From contig JAYFMW010000005.1 in the NCBI GenBank assembly GCA_042408215.1, positions 512,001-576,000 of the forward strand: 64,000 nt of DNA, given 5' to 3'. Position 1 is the stretch's first letter. The number at the start of each line of letters is the position of its first letter. The notes below the pieces were generated by a model, which was not told the DNA's origin, ran no database searches, and saw only the letters and a list, made by a program, of their open reading frames with translations. Source of the DNA: Microcoleus sp. (GTDB lineage Bacteria > Cyanobacteriota > Cyanobacteriia > Cyanobacteriales > Microcoleaceae). This document shows positions 1 to 11,407 of the stretch, piece after piece. The translations under genes were made by a program, and so were the position numbers.

Positions 1-967
1 TGTAAGTCCACCAAGCTGCTCTCGGATCAAAACTATTGGGAGTCACCATCCCACTCAGCGTATTGTTGAAGCAATTGCTAACTTTTTTGCCTCCTGTTGT
101 ATCCCAACAAGCTCTGCAAGCACCGTCTGCTTTTGCGTATTCCAAGTTATATAAATAACCTAAAATTTCCCCAGGTTCATACTGTGCTAAATTTCCAATA
201 ATCTCGTTGACATAAATTTTTTGCAATTTCAATTCTCTGTAAGAGGCACTTTGTTGAAAATTGCGCTTGGCATCAATTACGTGATCGTCAACAAATAAAA
301 TCATCGTGTCGTTGAGTTCGTGCCACGACAGGAAATTTACTTCCAGTTTGTTCGCTTTGCAATAATCCAGAAATGCCGTTAAATATTCTTTGTTGTAGGT
401 GGTGATACTCGGCCCGCCAATCATGGCTGATGGTCCCAATTCTTCTCGCAATATTCTGTAGGCTCTTTTGTAAGTTTCAAAGAATTGTTCTCTGCTTCCA
501 TTCCAAAATGGATTTCTTAAATCTGGCTCATTCCATACATCCCAAATAATTTTTTTTCCTTTATTTTCTTGAGCTAATTTCCGCACGAATGCTTCCCATG
601 CAGGGTAGTTTTGATAGGGCCAACCTTTGGGATTGCTACCGTAGCCCCACAAGTCGCTGACTACCAGTTGAAATTCGGCTCCGCTGGCGATTACGCGATC
701 GTAAATATCGAGTCTCCCAGCCCGCCAAAGCTTTGGCTGCAATGGTTTGATAGAGCTATCTGGTGGCTTGGTGGTGTCGATTCCGTGCAGGATACCGCTC
801 ATGGACATTGTTCCGGTTGCTGGGCTTCCAAAATCTACTGTGACGTTCGATCGCATTTGGGCGATCGATCTTTGCTGCCCCAAATATACTATTAACAAAA
901 GAGTGACAATAGCTAAACAAATTGGCAGCAGTTTATTAAGAGATTGGAACTTGAATGTAAATTGCAT
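1..967 (-). CDS. Secreted or membrane-anchored glycoside hydrolase, clan GH-A (GH39-like); 3' end runs off the window
   Basis: Not in the ORF track. Manual translation from the ATG at 967 is open to the window edge: N-terminal hydrophobic segment (LLPICLAIVTLLLIVYL), WDVWNEPD acid/base motif, MIGGPS, FLSWH, IYVNE nucleophile-like motif. Confidence 0.8.
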   Translation of the reverse strand, partial: MQFTFKFQSLNKLLPICLAIVTLLLIVYLGQQRSIAQMRSNVTVDFGSPATGTMSMSGILHGIDTTKPPDSSIKPLQPKLWRAGRLDIYDRVIASGAEFQLVVSDLWGYGSNPKGWPYQNYPAWEAFVRKLAQENKGKKIIWDVWNEPDLRNPFWNGSREQFFETYKRAYRILREELGPSAMIGGPSITTYNKEYLTAFLDYCKANKLEVNFLSWHELNDTMILFVDDHVIDAKRNFQQSASYRELKLQKIYVNEIIGNLAQYEPGEILGYLYNLEYAKADGACRACWDTTGGKKVSNCFNNTLSGMVTPNSFDPRAAWWTY

Positions 968-1040
968 ATTTTTGATTTTCTTGATGTTTTGTGGAACGGG
1001 CCGGAGAGCCCGTTCCTAAGAAGGCTGAAATAGCTCAGTT

Positions 1041-4000
1041 TTAACGAACCGATGAAAACAATTCAAAACCCTGTATTGATTCTATCACTTGTTGCCACGA
1101 GCGGGAGTTTATCAGCTCGTTCGTATCGAAACTAACTCCTTTTTCCGCAGCAAAGACACCAAAATTTTTCACCCAATCAAAGATAGTTTCTGTGGTGAAA
1201 TAAGGCGTGCAGACCCAAGCAGATTGCAAATTATTCACCATTTCGGACATATCTCCCCGATCGTAAGCCTCCCAAGCTTTCCACACTAAATAATAGTATT
1301 TCAGCAGGCTATCCACTTGCTGTAGCTGCTTTTTGAGTTTCGGACTAATAGAGAAACTGTCGTTTTTATCGTCAGTTGCAAGTGCCTGTTCAATTACTTC
1401 TACATATTCCCGAAGCATCCGTTCTTCTTTGAATAGTTCTTCGGCTCGCGCTTTGCACCCTTGTCCTGCAACTCTGCGAAATTCTGGATCTTCTGCCCAT
1501 ATTTCCACCGTTTGTACCAACTCTTTTACTGTTCCTTCTGGGTCGATTGTAGGATCGGGCAACAACTTTCCCGTATCTCCCAATTCTTCAGGAATACCGC
1601 TTACTGCTGTGGCAATTACGGGCAATCCTTTCGCCATTGCTTCCATAATTGCTAGAGGCATTCCCTCTGCTTCGGAAGATAAAATAAAGATGTCGCTGGC
1701 ATCGAGCCAATCGGCAATATCCCAGCGCTGTCCTAAGAATTTAACCTGTTCGTTTACTCCAAATTTGCTCACAGTTGCTCTTAATTCAGGCTCCATATTG
1801 TCGTGAGTAGTAGAACCTGGGCCAGCCCAAACGAAGTAAATTTGTGGCCAAATTGGACGAGATTTGAGTTGGGCGATCGCCTGTAATTGATACTGATATC
1901 CTTTAATGGGAGTCAATCTCGCGGCCGTGAAACAAACGATAGCATCTTCGGGGATTCCTTGTTCTAGACGCAGGCGTTGGCGAGTGGAAAGATTCGGCGG
2001 TTCAAAATAAGTGTTCGGTCTGCCATAATAGATTACTTTTCCCCGTTCTAGACGCGCTTTAAAAAGACTTTTGAACAAGTTTAAATTGTCCTGGGAAACT
2101 GCTACTGCTGCTTTGGCTAACCGTACTGATAGGAGACTGCATCGAAATAGGGAATTTGATCGCCGCGATCGAAGGTTTCATAATTGCGATTGATATAACC
2201 CAGACTGATTATATACGGTATATTTTGCTCGATCGCAACTTGTTTAGCTGCAAAATTTGCCATCGGCCAGCCGTCACTAAATACAATTAAATCCGGTCTG
2301 AGCCTTGGGCGTAAATCTTTTTAGCATCATCTAAATTGTAAGCTATTCGTAAAAACTCTTTCATCGTGTCGAACTCTAGCCAAATATGTTCGATACCTAG
2401 CTGTTGTTGTTCGGTAATTAAAGGGTTGGAAGCTTGACTTTGAACGCTGGTTACTCGGTAGCCGTCGGCAGCTAATTTACACATCAGCGAGTGGTTAAAC
2501 TGAGCCAAACCGCCGACTCCTGAGTCTTCTGTGTACAGGAGTACGTGCTTTGTTTTCTGCCGATAAATCGAACTGGGAGCCGATTGAAACTGATAAGGAT
2601 TGTTAGCTGCGATCGCCACTATGTCTTGCCATTCCTGTAAATTGGTTAAGGCATAGGCATCAAAGTTGTAGCCGTACTGTTCTGAAACTCCCTTAAAGGT
2701 TTCCAACCAATTAAAAACAGTTTCAGTACCTGTCAAACGAGTATAATGCAGAGATTTTTCCAGACTTTCGACCATTTCTGGCAAATATCCGTCGCGGTAC
2801 ATTCGCCACGCTATCCATACGAAACACTTGTAACGTTCCGCGCGTTTCAAGTCGCGGATGTGCTGAGGTAAATCTGGCCGCGCGAAAAATTGCTCCATCA
2901 AAATTTCCGTATTTTTCATTAATTTGGAGCCGCCGGACATGAGATTGCTGTCGTGCTGACGATAGCAGGTTAATATCTCTTTTAACCAAACTGACTTGCA
3001 GCCTTTTAAAGCTAAACGTAGGACAAAATCTAAATCTTCGGTTGGCGGAAAGCGATGATCGAAACCCCCCAAGCGTTCCCACCACTCTCGCCGCAGCATC
3101 ATGGCGCTGGGACGCACTGATTTGTACAAAACAAAGGTTTCTAAATCTAATTTTGGTGTTTCTTCCCAAGGCTTTACTCCATAGATGCCTTCGTCGTTTT
3201 TGCCAACAATAACCCAACCTGTTTGCACCATATCTAATGTGGGGTCAGCGTCAAAGCAAGCTATTTGTTTTTCTAGTTTTTCTGGTAAGAAGAAGTCGTC
3301 AGCATCTAGAAAAGCTAAAAATTCCCCTTGTGCTAACTTGCAAGCGCGATTTCGAGCAATGGCTGCTCCTTGGTTATCTTGATAGATGTATTGAATTAAA
3401 TCGAGGTAAGGTGCTAAAACTTGGCTGGTATTGTCTTTTGAACCGTCGTCTACAACGATAATTTCCCAGTCTTGATAAGTCTGGCTGAACACGCTCTCTA
3501 CGGCTCGGAGAATGTAGAGAGCGGAGTTGTAAGTGGGCATGATTACACTGACGCGCGCTTTTTTGGGAGGAATGATACTAGCCATTAACTGTTTCCATTC
3601 TGGTGATTTTCCCAGAGCAATGCGATCGATTGGGCAGCCGTAGCTGTTAGAAATTTCGGTAAGGCGCTTTACCCAATCTACTATAGTTACTGTCAGCGAG
3701 TATGGGGTATAATGCAAAGATTTTTGCAAATATTCAGTCATTTCTTCCGGATAGCCGCTGTAGTAAAGTTGCCACGCCATCCATGTCAGAGCTTCATAAA
3801 AAGCCTGCTTTTCTAATTGGCGAATGTCTTCTGGTAAGTCGGCTCTACTGAAGAAATTTTGCTTTAATTTAATACAAAGGTTGGCCTGTTTTAGCGCTCT
3901 CTGGATGGACACATTTTGCCCGTGCTGGCGGTAGCATACTGTCACTTGAGGCAACCAAGCAGCTTCGCAGCCAGATAGTGCTAAACGCAAAATTAAGTCG

Positions 4001-4548
4001 GCATCATCTACTGAATCATACTGAGAATCAAAGCCACCGACTCGTTCCAACCACTGCCGCGAGAACATCATCGCGCTGGGAAGTAGGGGCATATAAACAA
4101 TCCAGGTTTTTAAGTCTAGCTGAGGTAAGTATTCCCAGGGTGTTACATCGAAAATACTTTCGCCTTGCTCTCGAACAATTCGCCAGCCACTATTAACAAT
4201 TCCTAGTGATGGCTGAGCGTCAAATAAGGCAATTTGTGCAGCCAACTTATCTGATAAGAAAAAGTCATCTTGATCCAGAAAAGCAATTAATTCACATCGG
4301 GATTCCTGAATTCCTCGGTTGCGGGCCGCTGCTACTCCTTGATTTTGTTGATAAACATAGCGAATTTTGTCAAAATAAGGCTGCAATACTTGGCGGGTGT
4401 CGTCGGTTGAGCCGTCGTCTACGACGATAATTTCCCAATTTCTATAGGTTTGGCTGATGACGCTTTCTACTGCTTGCGCGATGTAGCGATCGCCATTATA
4501 TGCAGGTATAATTACACTTACTCGCGGTGTCGAATTTGCTATTGACAT
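1041..4548 (-). CDS. GT2-GT2-GT4 multidomain glycosyltransferase, interrupted by two frameshifts (~2300 and ~2120)
   Basis: ORFs 2287..4548 (two VSVIxPxYN...DDGS / FLDxDD GT2 domains) and 1041..2078 (GT4 SEAEGMPLAIMEA) are bridged in another frame by RPDLIVFSDGWPMANFAAKQV..., which is homologous to the neighbouring paralog. Probable start is MSIANS at 4548. Confidence 0.8.
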
Positions 4549-4619
4549 GAGTTTTATTGGTGATAATGAAGGGTTCGGCAACGGATTCTGTAACGGATGT
4601 AACGGATTTAACTGGTATT

Positions 4620-7163
4620 TTAGCGTGCACAAAATACAGATTCAAGACCCTGTAAGTCATAGACTAATTGTTGCCATTCTGCTGAATTAATTAGAGAATA
4701 TGTATCTAAATAATGCCCTTTTGCTGAGGAAAAATTGCCAAAATATTCTACCCAGTTTAACAGCGTTTCTGTAGTCAAAAAAGGTGTGTACTTCAAAGAT
4801 TCTTGAAGCGTTTTCTGCATCCCGATTAGATCTTCTTGACAGTAAGCCTGCCAAGCATTCCACACTAAAGAACTGTAGTGCACCCGGTTTTCTATCTTCG
4901 CCATTGACCTCTGTACCTCTTTTTGAGTAACAAATTCATCTGTTTGGCGATCGCAAACTAAAGCTTTTTCGATCGCCTCAACAGACTCTGCCAACATTCG
5001 TTCCTCTTTAAACAGTTTCTCGGCCCGCTGCTTGCAAGCTTGACCGATTTGATGCCGCAATTCTGGATTCATCGCCCAAGCTTCTACAGTTTTCGCCAAT
5101 TCCCTCGCGGTTCCCTCTGGATCGGTATTCGGATCGGGCAACAATTTCCCAGTATCGCCGATCCCTTCTGGAATGCCGCCCACAGCCGAAGCAACTACCG
5201 GCAATCCTTTAGCCATCGCTTCCATGACTGCAAAAGAAGGCGTTCCATCTGCGAGAGATGTCAAAATGAATATATCGCTAGCATCCAGCCAATCTAGGAT
5301 ATCCCAGCGCTGTCCGATCAACTTCACGCGATCGCTCACCCCTAACTTTCTAATAGTTTCCCTCAATTCTATTTCTACATTGTCAGAGCTTCCCTCACCA
5401 GTTCCTGCCCACACAAAATACAGTTTAGACCACACAGGAGACTGCTGCAACTGCTCGATTGCTGCAAGCTGATATCGATGCCCTTTAATCGATGCCAATC
5501 GAGCCGATGTGAAACAAACAATCGCATCTTCAGGAATTTCTATTTCTTGTCGCAGGCGTTGACGAGCCGCAGCATTAGGAGGTGCAAAATATTCTGGAGA
5601 ACGCCCCAAGTAAATCACTTGTCCTCGCTCTTTTGGTAACTTGAAATGTTGGCACAATAAATTCAAATGTTCGTAAGCGCCAACAATCACCGCTCTAGCT
5701 TGCAGGCACTGGTACAGCACTCCCTTTACATAAGGCACTACATCCCCGCAGGCAAAAGTTGCGTGTTCTGGCATGACTAATCCGATTACCATCATGTATG
5801 GTATCCCCATTTCAATAACTACCTGTTTCGCTGCAAAATTGGAAAATGGCCAGCCATCGCTAAAAATAATCAGATCCGGTTTATTACTAGCAAAAATCTC
5901 TCTTGCATCCTCAGTATTTCTTAACACCCGCTGTAAATCTTTATGACCGCTAAAATCCAGCCACAAGTGCTCTATACCTAACTCCCGTTCTCGCTCAACC
6001 AAGGGGCTAGAATGTTTCGTTTGCACGCAAGTGACTCGATAGCCCAACAGGGCTAACTGACAGAGAATGGCATGATTGTACTGTGCTAATCCTCCCACGC
6101 CCGGATCGTCAGTGTTGTAGAGTAAAATGTGGGCTTGCGCTTTTGAAGGTGTGGGAATAGAACTCTGTTGAGATTGGGGTGGATTAGTCATCACCATCAA
6201 AATTATCTCTTGCCATTCCGCTAACTGACTCAGGGAATAAGCATCAAAATTTTCACCATATTCTTCAGAAGCCATCTGAAAACTTTCCAGCCAATTCAAG
6301 ACTGTTTTTGTGGGCGAAAAAGGCGTATATTGCAATGATTTTTCCAAACACTGGGCCATCTCTGCTAGATGACCGTCGCGATACATCCGCCATGCCAGCC
6401 ACTTTAAGGATTGATAGCTTTCCTGGTTTTTTAACTGCCGGATTGACTGAGGCAAATCGGGTCTATCGAAGAATTGTTTCATCAGAATTTCTAGATTCTT
6501 CATTAGCGGAAAACCGCTTGACATTAGATTGGATTTGTGCTGGCGATAACAGGTAAGAATCTCTTCTAACCAAGCTGCTTTTCCCCCTTTTAAAGTCAAA
6601 CGCAAGGCAAAGTCTAAATCTTCTCCCAGCGGAAACTGAGAATCGAAACCTCCCAATTTTTCCCACCACTTTCGCCGCAGCATCATCGCACTCGGTCGCA
6701 CACATTTATATATAATAAAGCTTTCTAAATCTAATTTAGGCGCTTGCTGCCAAGGCTTCATTTCAAAAATATCTTTCCCTTTTTCATTGACTATAAACCA
6801 ACCTGTTTGTACCATATCTAATGCAGGATCAACATCAAAGCAAGCTAACTGTTTCTCAAGCTTGGATGGTAGGAAATAGTCATCGGCATCTAGAAAAGCT
6901 AAAAAATCCCCTTGCGCTAGTTCGCAAGCACGATTCCGGGCCGCTGCTACTCCTTGGTTTTCTTGATAGATGTAGCGAATTCTGTCAAGATAAGGATGCA
7001 ATACTTGATGTGTCCCATCCGTCGAACCGTCGTCTACAACGATAATTTCCAAATCTGTAAAAGTTTGGCACAGCACGCTTTCCACCGCTTGCACGATGTA
7101 GCGATCGCCATTATATGCCGGTATAATTACGCTGACTTGCGGTGTCCGATTGGCTGTTGACAT
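4620..7163 (-). CDS. GT2-GT4 fusion glycosyltransferase
   Basis: N-terminal GT2 (VSVIIPAYN, VVDDGS, FLDADD); C-terminal GT-B fold (GVGGLAQY, SARLASIKG, VMEAMAKGLPVVAS). Confidence 0.9.
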   Translation of the reverse strand: MSTANRTPQVSVIIPAYNGDRYIVQAVESVLCQTFTDLEIIVVDDGSTDGTHQVLHPYLDRIRYIYQENQGVAAARNRACELAQGDFLAFLDADDYFLPSKLEKQLACFDVDPALDMVQTGWFIVNEKGKDIFEMKPWQQAPKLDLESFIIYKCVRPSAMMLRRKWWEKLGGFDSQFPLGEDLDFALRLTLKGGKAAWLEEILTCYRQHKSNLMSSGFPLMKNLEILMKQFFDRPDLPQSIRQLKNQESYQSLKWLAWRMYRDGHLAEMAQCLEKSLQYTPFSPTKTVLNWLESFQMASEEYGENFDAYSLSQLAEWQEIILMVMTNPPQSQQSSIPTPSKAQAHILLYNTDDPGVGGLAQYNHAILCQLALLGYRVTCVQTKHSSPLVERERELGIEHLWLDFSGHKDLQRVLRNTEDAREIFASNKPDLIIFSDGWPFSNFAAKQVVIEMGIPYMMVIGLVMPEHATFACGDVVPYVKGVLYQCLQARAVIVGAYEHLNLLCQHFKLPKERGQVIYLGRSPEYFAPPNAAARQRLRQEIEIPEDAIVCFTSARLASIKGHRYQLAAIEQLQQSPVWSKLYFVWAGTGEGSSDNVEIELRETIRKLGVSDRVKLIGQRWDILDWLDASDIFILTSLADGTPSFAVMEAMAKGLPVVASAVGGIPEGIGDTGKLLPDPNTDPEGTARELAKTVEAWAMNPELRHQIGQACKQRAEKLFKEERMLAESVEAIEKALVCDRQTDEFVTQKEVQRSMAKIENRVHYSSLVWNAWQAYCQEDLIGMQKTLQESLKYTPFLTTETLLNWVEYFGNFSSAKGHYLDTYSLINSAEWQQLVYDLQGLESVFCAR

Positions 7164-7324
7164 TATTTAGCTCGCTGTTAACCTATTACTATCTAGTTTA
7201 TATGAATGTCGCGTACATTGATCACTATTTTCAGGCTGGTAGGTGTACTTGCATGAACTTTGAACTTTGGCAACTTCTAGCATATAATCTTATAGGTAAT
7301 TATTACTCAAAAGGACAATTAAAA

Positions 7325-9643
7325 ATGAATTCAGAAACAGTGCCGGTGAATTTCCAGCAACAGGCAGAACTTTATTTAGCTACAGGGAACTTCGATCGCG
7401 CGATCGCACTTTGCCAACAAGTTTTAGAATTGCAGCCGAACTCTGCCGAGACTTGCAAAACCCTAGGGAAGGCGCTGCAAGCTCAAGGTAAACTAGAAGA
7501 CGCAAGGTATTGGTATAAAGTTGCGATCGCCCTCCAACCCGATTTTGCCGAAGCTTTTGCCAACCTCGGCACTCTCTGCGCTACCTTGCAACAATGGCAC
7601 GAGGCGATCGCCTGTTACCAAAAAGCCATCTCCCTACAACCCGACTTTGCAGGATTTTACCGCAATTTGAGCCGCGTATTTACCCAAGTTGGCAAAGCCG
7701 AGGAAGCAGCCGAATGCTGGTATCAAGCACTCATGGTAGCACCAGTAGAAATACCCGAAGAATACCTCGATTTAGGCAATACTTTATTGGGACAAAACAA
7801 AGCTGAGTTAGCGCTGATTTGTTACCATCGTACCATTTATTTAAACCCCAGTTGTTGCGAAGCTTATTATAAATTAGCTGACGCTGCTACCGAGTTGCAA
7901 CAGTGGGATGAAGCTATTGCAAACTACCGCAAAGCTATCAAAATTCAGCCAGATATTTCGGAATTTCATTACAAATTAGGAAATGCTTTGCAAGCAAGCG
8001 AACTATTGCATGAATCGGTCGCAGCCTACCGCGAAAGTATTGAATTGAATCCCAATTCTTTTGGGTGTTACTACAATTTAGGCAGCGTTATGCTCAAATT
8101 AGAAAATTGGCAACAAGCAATCATTGCCTATCGCACAAGTATTGAAATTAACCCGGATTGTTCAGGGTCTTACTACAGCATCGGTGAAGCTTGCGACAAA
8201 TTAGAAAAATGGTCGGAATCTGTCGCAGCTTACCAGCGCGCTACTGAATTAGACCAGAATTCTTTCGGAGCTTTTCACAGGTTGGGAGATGCTCTTTTTA
8301 AACTAGAAAAATGGTCAGACTCTGAGGCTGCATACGCCGGGGCGATCGCACTTAATTCAGATTCATTTTGGTCTCATTATAACTTAGCTTTGACTTTAGT
8401 TAAACTTCAGAAAATTGCCCCAGCAACACTCGCTTATCGGCGGGCGATCGCACTCAATCCAGAATTCTCTTGGACTTACCACAATTTAGGAGAGTTGCTG
8501 TTAAAAACCCAACAGTGGAAAGCAGCGGCTACCGCTTACCAGCGCGCTATTGAACTTAATCCCAATATTTCTTGGTCTTATTACAATTTAGGCGATGCTT
8601 TGACTGAAATTCACCAGTGGAATGATGCTGTCTCCGCCTACCTTTGTGCGCTTCAAATCGAGCCGTCTCTCCCCAATATTTACACAAAGTTAGGTAAGGC
8701 TTTAACAAAAAGAACTCCGGCAGATTTAGATGCAGCAACTAGGTACTATCATCACGAAATGCAGCCGCTACAGGCTCCTGAATTTTACTGTCAAGTAGCA
8801 CAAAATTTTGCAGATGGCGATCGGCTTAACGAAGCCATAATATTATACTTGATGGTCTTAGAAATCAGACCAAAAGATCCAGAAATATCCCAAAAATTAG
8901 AGGATTTTTTAGAAAAACAGCGTCAAACAGGGGAATCTAGTATATTATTAGAGTTAGAGGCTCATGATATTCGCGATCGCTACATTGCCCGAATAGTAAA
9001 AGGCAAAACTTTTGCAGAAGTAGGCGGATTGTGGGGAATTGTCAGCGAAAAAGTATCTGTAGCTAGCAAATACGGTGCCACTTCTCTAACTATGATTGAT
9101 GTAACGCCGCTCTCCGAACACTTGTGGCAAGATTTTCGCGATCGCATGACAAGCTTAAATATTGCTAATTATCATTGTATCAGCCAAGATATAACTCAAA
9201 TTAAGCTTGCAGAAATTGGCGAGCCTTACGATGTAGTTCACTGTCCAGGAGTTTTGTACCATCACCCCCATCCCTTACAGATTTTAGTGGCCTTGCGTCA
9301 GATAACTCGCGAGCATTTAATTTTAACTTCAGCTATTACCCAAGAAGTTATAGAAAACGATTTCGGACGCTACGAAATTCCCGCTTCTGGGGTAATGTTT
9401 ATTCCAGCTTTGGACGACGCAGAACGAGCTATTTTAACAGCTTATTGGCAGCCGTACATCAACGGCAACCAACTTATAGGGATAACTGAAAAAGCAGTTT
9501 TTGACATCAATAACTTTGGCCCGTGGTGGTGGCTACCTACAGCTTCTGCTTTAGAAGCTATGTGTAAAGTAGCGGGATTTAAGGTTTTAGACAAAGGATT
9601 GACTTGGGACAATAATGCTCTGACTCTCCTGCTGGGTGTTTAA
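7325..9643 (+). CDS. TPR-repeat protein with C-terminal class I SAM-dependent methyltransferase-like domain
   Basis: Many 34-aa TPRs (AxxxYxxAIxLxP), then FAEVGGLWG and YDVVHCPGVLYH motifs. ATG at 7325 follows an AAGGA element; the ORF-track extension overlaps the opposite-strand gene. Confidence 0.8.
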   Translation: MNSETVPVNFQQQAELYLATGNFDRAIALCQQVLELQPNSAETCKTLGKALQAQGKLEDARYWYKVAIALQPDFAEAFANLGTLCATLQQWHEAIACYQKAISLQPDFAGFYRNLSRVFTQVGKAEEAAECWYQALMVAPVEIPEEYLDLGNTLLGQNKAELALICYHRTIYLNPSCCEAYYKLADAATELQQWDEAIANYRKAIKIQPDISEFHYKLGNALQASELLHESVAAYRESIELNPNSFGCYYNLGSVMLKLENWQQAIIAYRTSIEINPDCSGSYYSIGEACDKLEKWSESVAAYQRATELDQNSFGAFHRLGDALFKLEKWSDSEAAYAGAIALNSDSFWSHYNLALTLVKLQKIAPATLAYRRAIALNPEFSWTYHNLGELLLKTQQWKAAATAYQRAIELNPNISWSYYNLGDALTEIHQWNDAVSAYLCALQIEPSLPNIYTKLGKALTKRTPADLDAATRYYHHEMQPLQAPEFYCQVAQNFADGDRLNEAIILYLMVLEIRPKDPEISQKLEDFLEKQRQTGESSILLELEAHDIRDRYIARIVKGKTFAEVGGLWGIVSEKVSVASKYGATSLTMIDVTPLSEHLWQDFRDRMTSLNIANYHCISQDITQIKLAEIGEPYDVVHCPGVLYHHPHPLQILVALRQITREHLILTSAITQEVIENDFGRYEIPASGVMFIPALDDAERAILTAYWQPYINGNQLIGITEKAVFDINNFGPWWWLPTASALEAMCKVAGFKVLDKGLTWDNNALTLLLGV

Positions 9644-9695
9644 TAAAAACTCAAATAGATACAAACATCTTTTCTTAAAAAAGGCCAATCATCAA

Positions 9696-11006
9696 ATGGA
9701 TAACAACCTACAGGAAACGCCATTAGTAAATATTTTAGTAGTGGACGATACGCCGGAAAACCTGCGTCTTTTGTCTACCATGTTGAGTCAGCGGGGTTAC
9801 ACGCCCCGCTGCGTTATTAACGGGAAAATGGCTCTGAGAGCGTGCAATTCTCATCCGCCGGATTTGATTTTACTGGACATAATGATGCCTCAAATGAATG
9901 GCTACGAAGTATGTCAGCACCTGAAATTAGATGCCAAAACTCGCGATATTCCGGTAATTTTTATCAGCGCTAAAGATGAATTATTTGACAAAGTAAATGC
10001 CTTTACCGTAGGGGGCGTGGACTACATCAGCAAGCCGTTTCAGTTTGAAGAAGTGCTCGCCCGCATCGAAAGTCACCTCACCCTGCGAAAGTTGCAAAAG
10101 CAGCTAAAAGAACAAAATATACTCCTTCAACAAGAAATAAATAGCCGCTTAGAAGTTGAAAAAGCTATTCAAGAAAAAAATCATATTTTGCAACAAGAAA
10201 TTAGCAGCAGGCTAGCTGTTGAAAAAGCCCTGCAAGAGCAAAATTTACTTCTTCAACAAGAGATATTCAACCGTGAGTGCGCCGAATCTGCTCTGTTGAA
10301 ATCCAATCAAGAATTGGCGCGTTCTAATGCCGAACTAGAACAATTTGCTTATGTGGCATCCCACGACTTGCAAGCGCCTTTAGCAACCATTGCGAGCTAC
10401 GCTCAGCTATTAGAAAAACGCTCCAAAGACCAACTAGACAGTCAAGCTAATAAGTTTATTGGCAACATCGTTCAAGGCTGCACGAGAATGCAAACTTTAA
10501 TAGATGATTTGCTAGAATATTCGCGATTGGGCAGGAGTGAGAAACCTTTTCAACCGACTGATTGTAATCAGGTATTTGAACAAGCAATCGCCAACTTGGA
10601 AGGGGTGATTCGTGACATCCAAGCAGTTGTTTGCTCTAGTGAATTGCCAGTAGTACATGGCGAGATTTCTCAACTTGTGCAGCTATTTCAAAATTTAGTT
10701 GGCAATGCAATTAAATATCGCCAAGATGCACCGCCTGTTGTTTCTGTCAGTGCTTGCAAACACCAGGATCATTGGCTATTTTCTGTTTCTGATAATGGAA
10801 TTGGGATTGCACAGCAGCATCAAGAACGTATCTTTAAAATTTTCCAGCGCTTGCACACTCAAAAAGAATATTCTGGTACAGGTATTGGTTTAGCAATTTG
10901 TCAAAAGATTGTCCAACGTCACGGCGGACGTATTTGGGTAGAGTCGGAGCAGAGTCAAGGTTCAACTTTTCACTTTACTCTCAACGAAAATACTTTTGAT
11001 TTGTGA
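9696..11006 (+). CDS. Response regulator-histidine kinase hybrid (REC-coiled coil-HisKA-HATPase)
   Basis: ILVVDD/LLDIMMP/SKPF receiver motifs; ASHDLQAP H-box; NLVGNAIKY, DNGIGI and GTGIGL boxes. Confidence 0.92.
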   Translation: MDNNLQETPLVNILVVDDTPENLRLLSTMLSQRGYTPRCVINGKMALRACNSHPPDLILLDIMMPQMNGYEVCQHLKLDAKTRDIPVIFISAKDELFDKVNAFTVGGVDYISKPFQFEEVLARIESHLTLRKLQKQLKEQNILLQQEINSRLEVEKAIQEKNHILQQEISSRLAVEKALQEQNLLLQQEIFNRECAESALLKSNQELARSNAELEQFAYVASHDLQAPLATIASYAQLLEKRSKDQLDSQANKFIGNIVQGCTRMQTLIDDLLEYSRLGRSEKPFQPTDCNQVFEQAIANLEGVIRDIQAVVCSSELPVVHGEISQLVQLFQNLVGNAIKYRQDAPPVVSVSACKHQDHWLFSVSDNGIGIAQQHQERIFKIFQRLHTQKEYSGTGIGLAICQKIVQRHGGRIWVESEQSQGSTFHFTLNENTFDL

Positions 11007-11233
11007 TTTTTACTTGGTGAATTCAAGAAAGACTAAGTTTTTAGTGAATTAGTAAAATCACAATTTCTACAAACAACTGCGCGTTGACATCACAGTTGGT
11101 TTGTGATATAATTATATTTGTAAAACAAATCTTTTGTGGCGTTACCTCGGACTGCAATTCTAATGCTATAGCGGTTTTCAAGCAAGTGAGGTACGCGCTT
11201 ACTAATTCGCAATTCAGGGAAGGGAAGGAACCA

Positions 11234-11284
11234 CCTATGCCCTATGCCCTATGCCCTATGCCCTATGCCCTATGCCCTATGCCC
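11234..11284. repeat. STRR heptamer tandem repeat (CCTATGC) x7
   Basis: Directly visible; short tandem heptamer repeats are typical of filamentous cyanobacteria. Confidence 0.9.
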
Positions 11285-11407
11285 AGTAGCACCTCATTTA
11301 TCTGAGAAACGCTATAATGTATGTGTAGCTGCAATTTAGCAAATACCTCCAGAAACACAGGTGCAATCCCAGTAGCTTGACCAATAATTTTGTGATTAAT
11401 AACTCTT

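Noticed and set aside
611..1019. Plus-strand ORFs 611..895 and 747..1019
   Set aside because: Antisense to the glycoside hydrolase gene.
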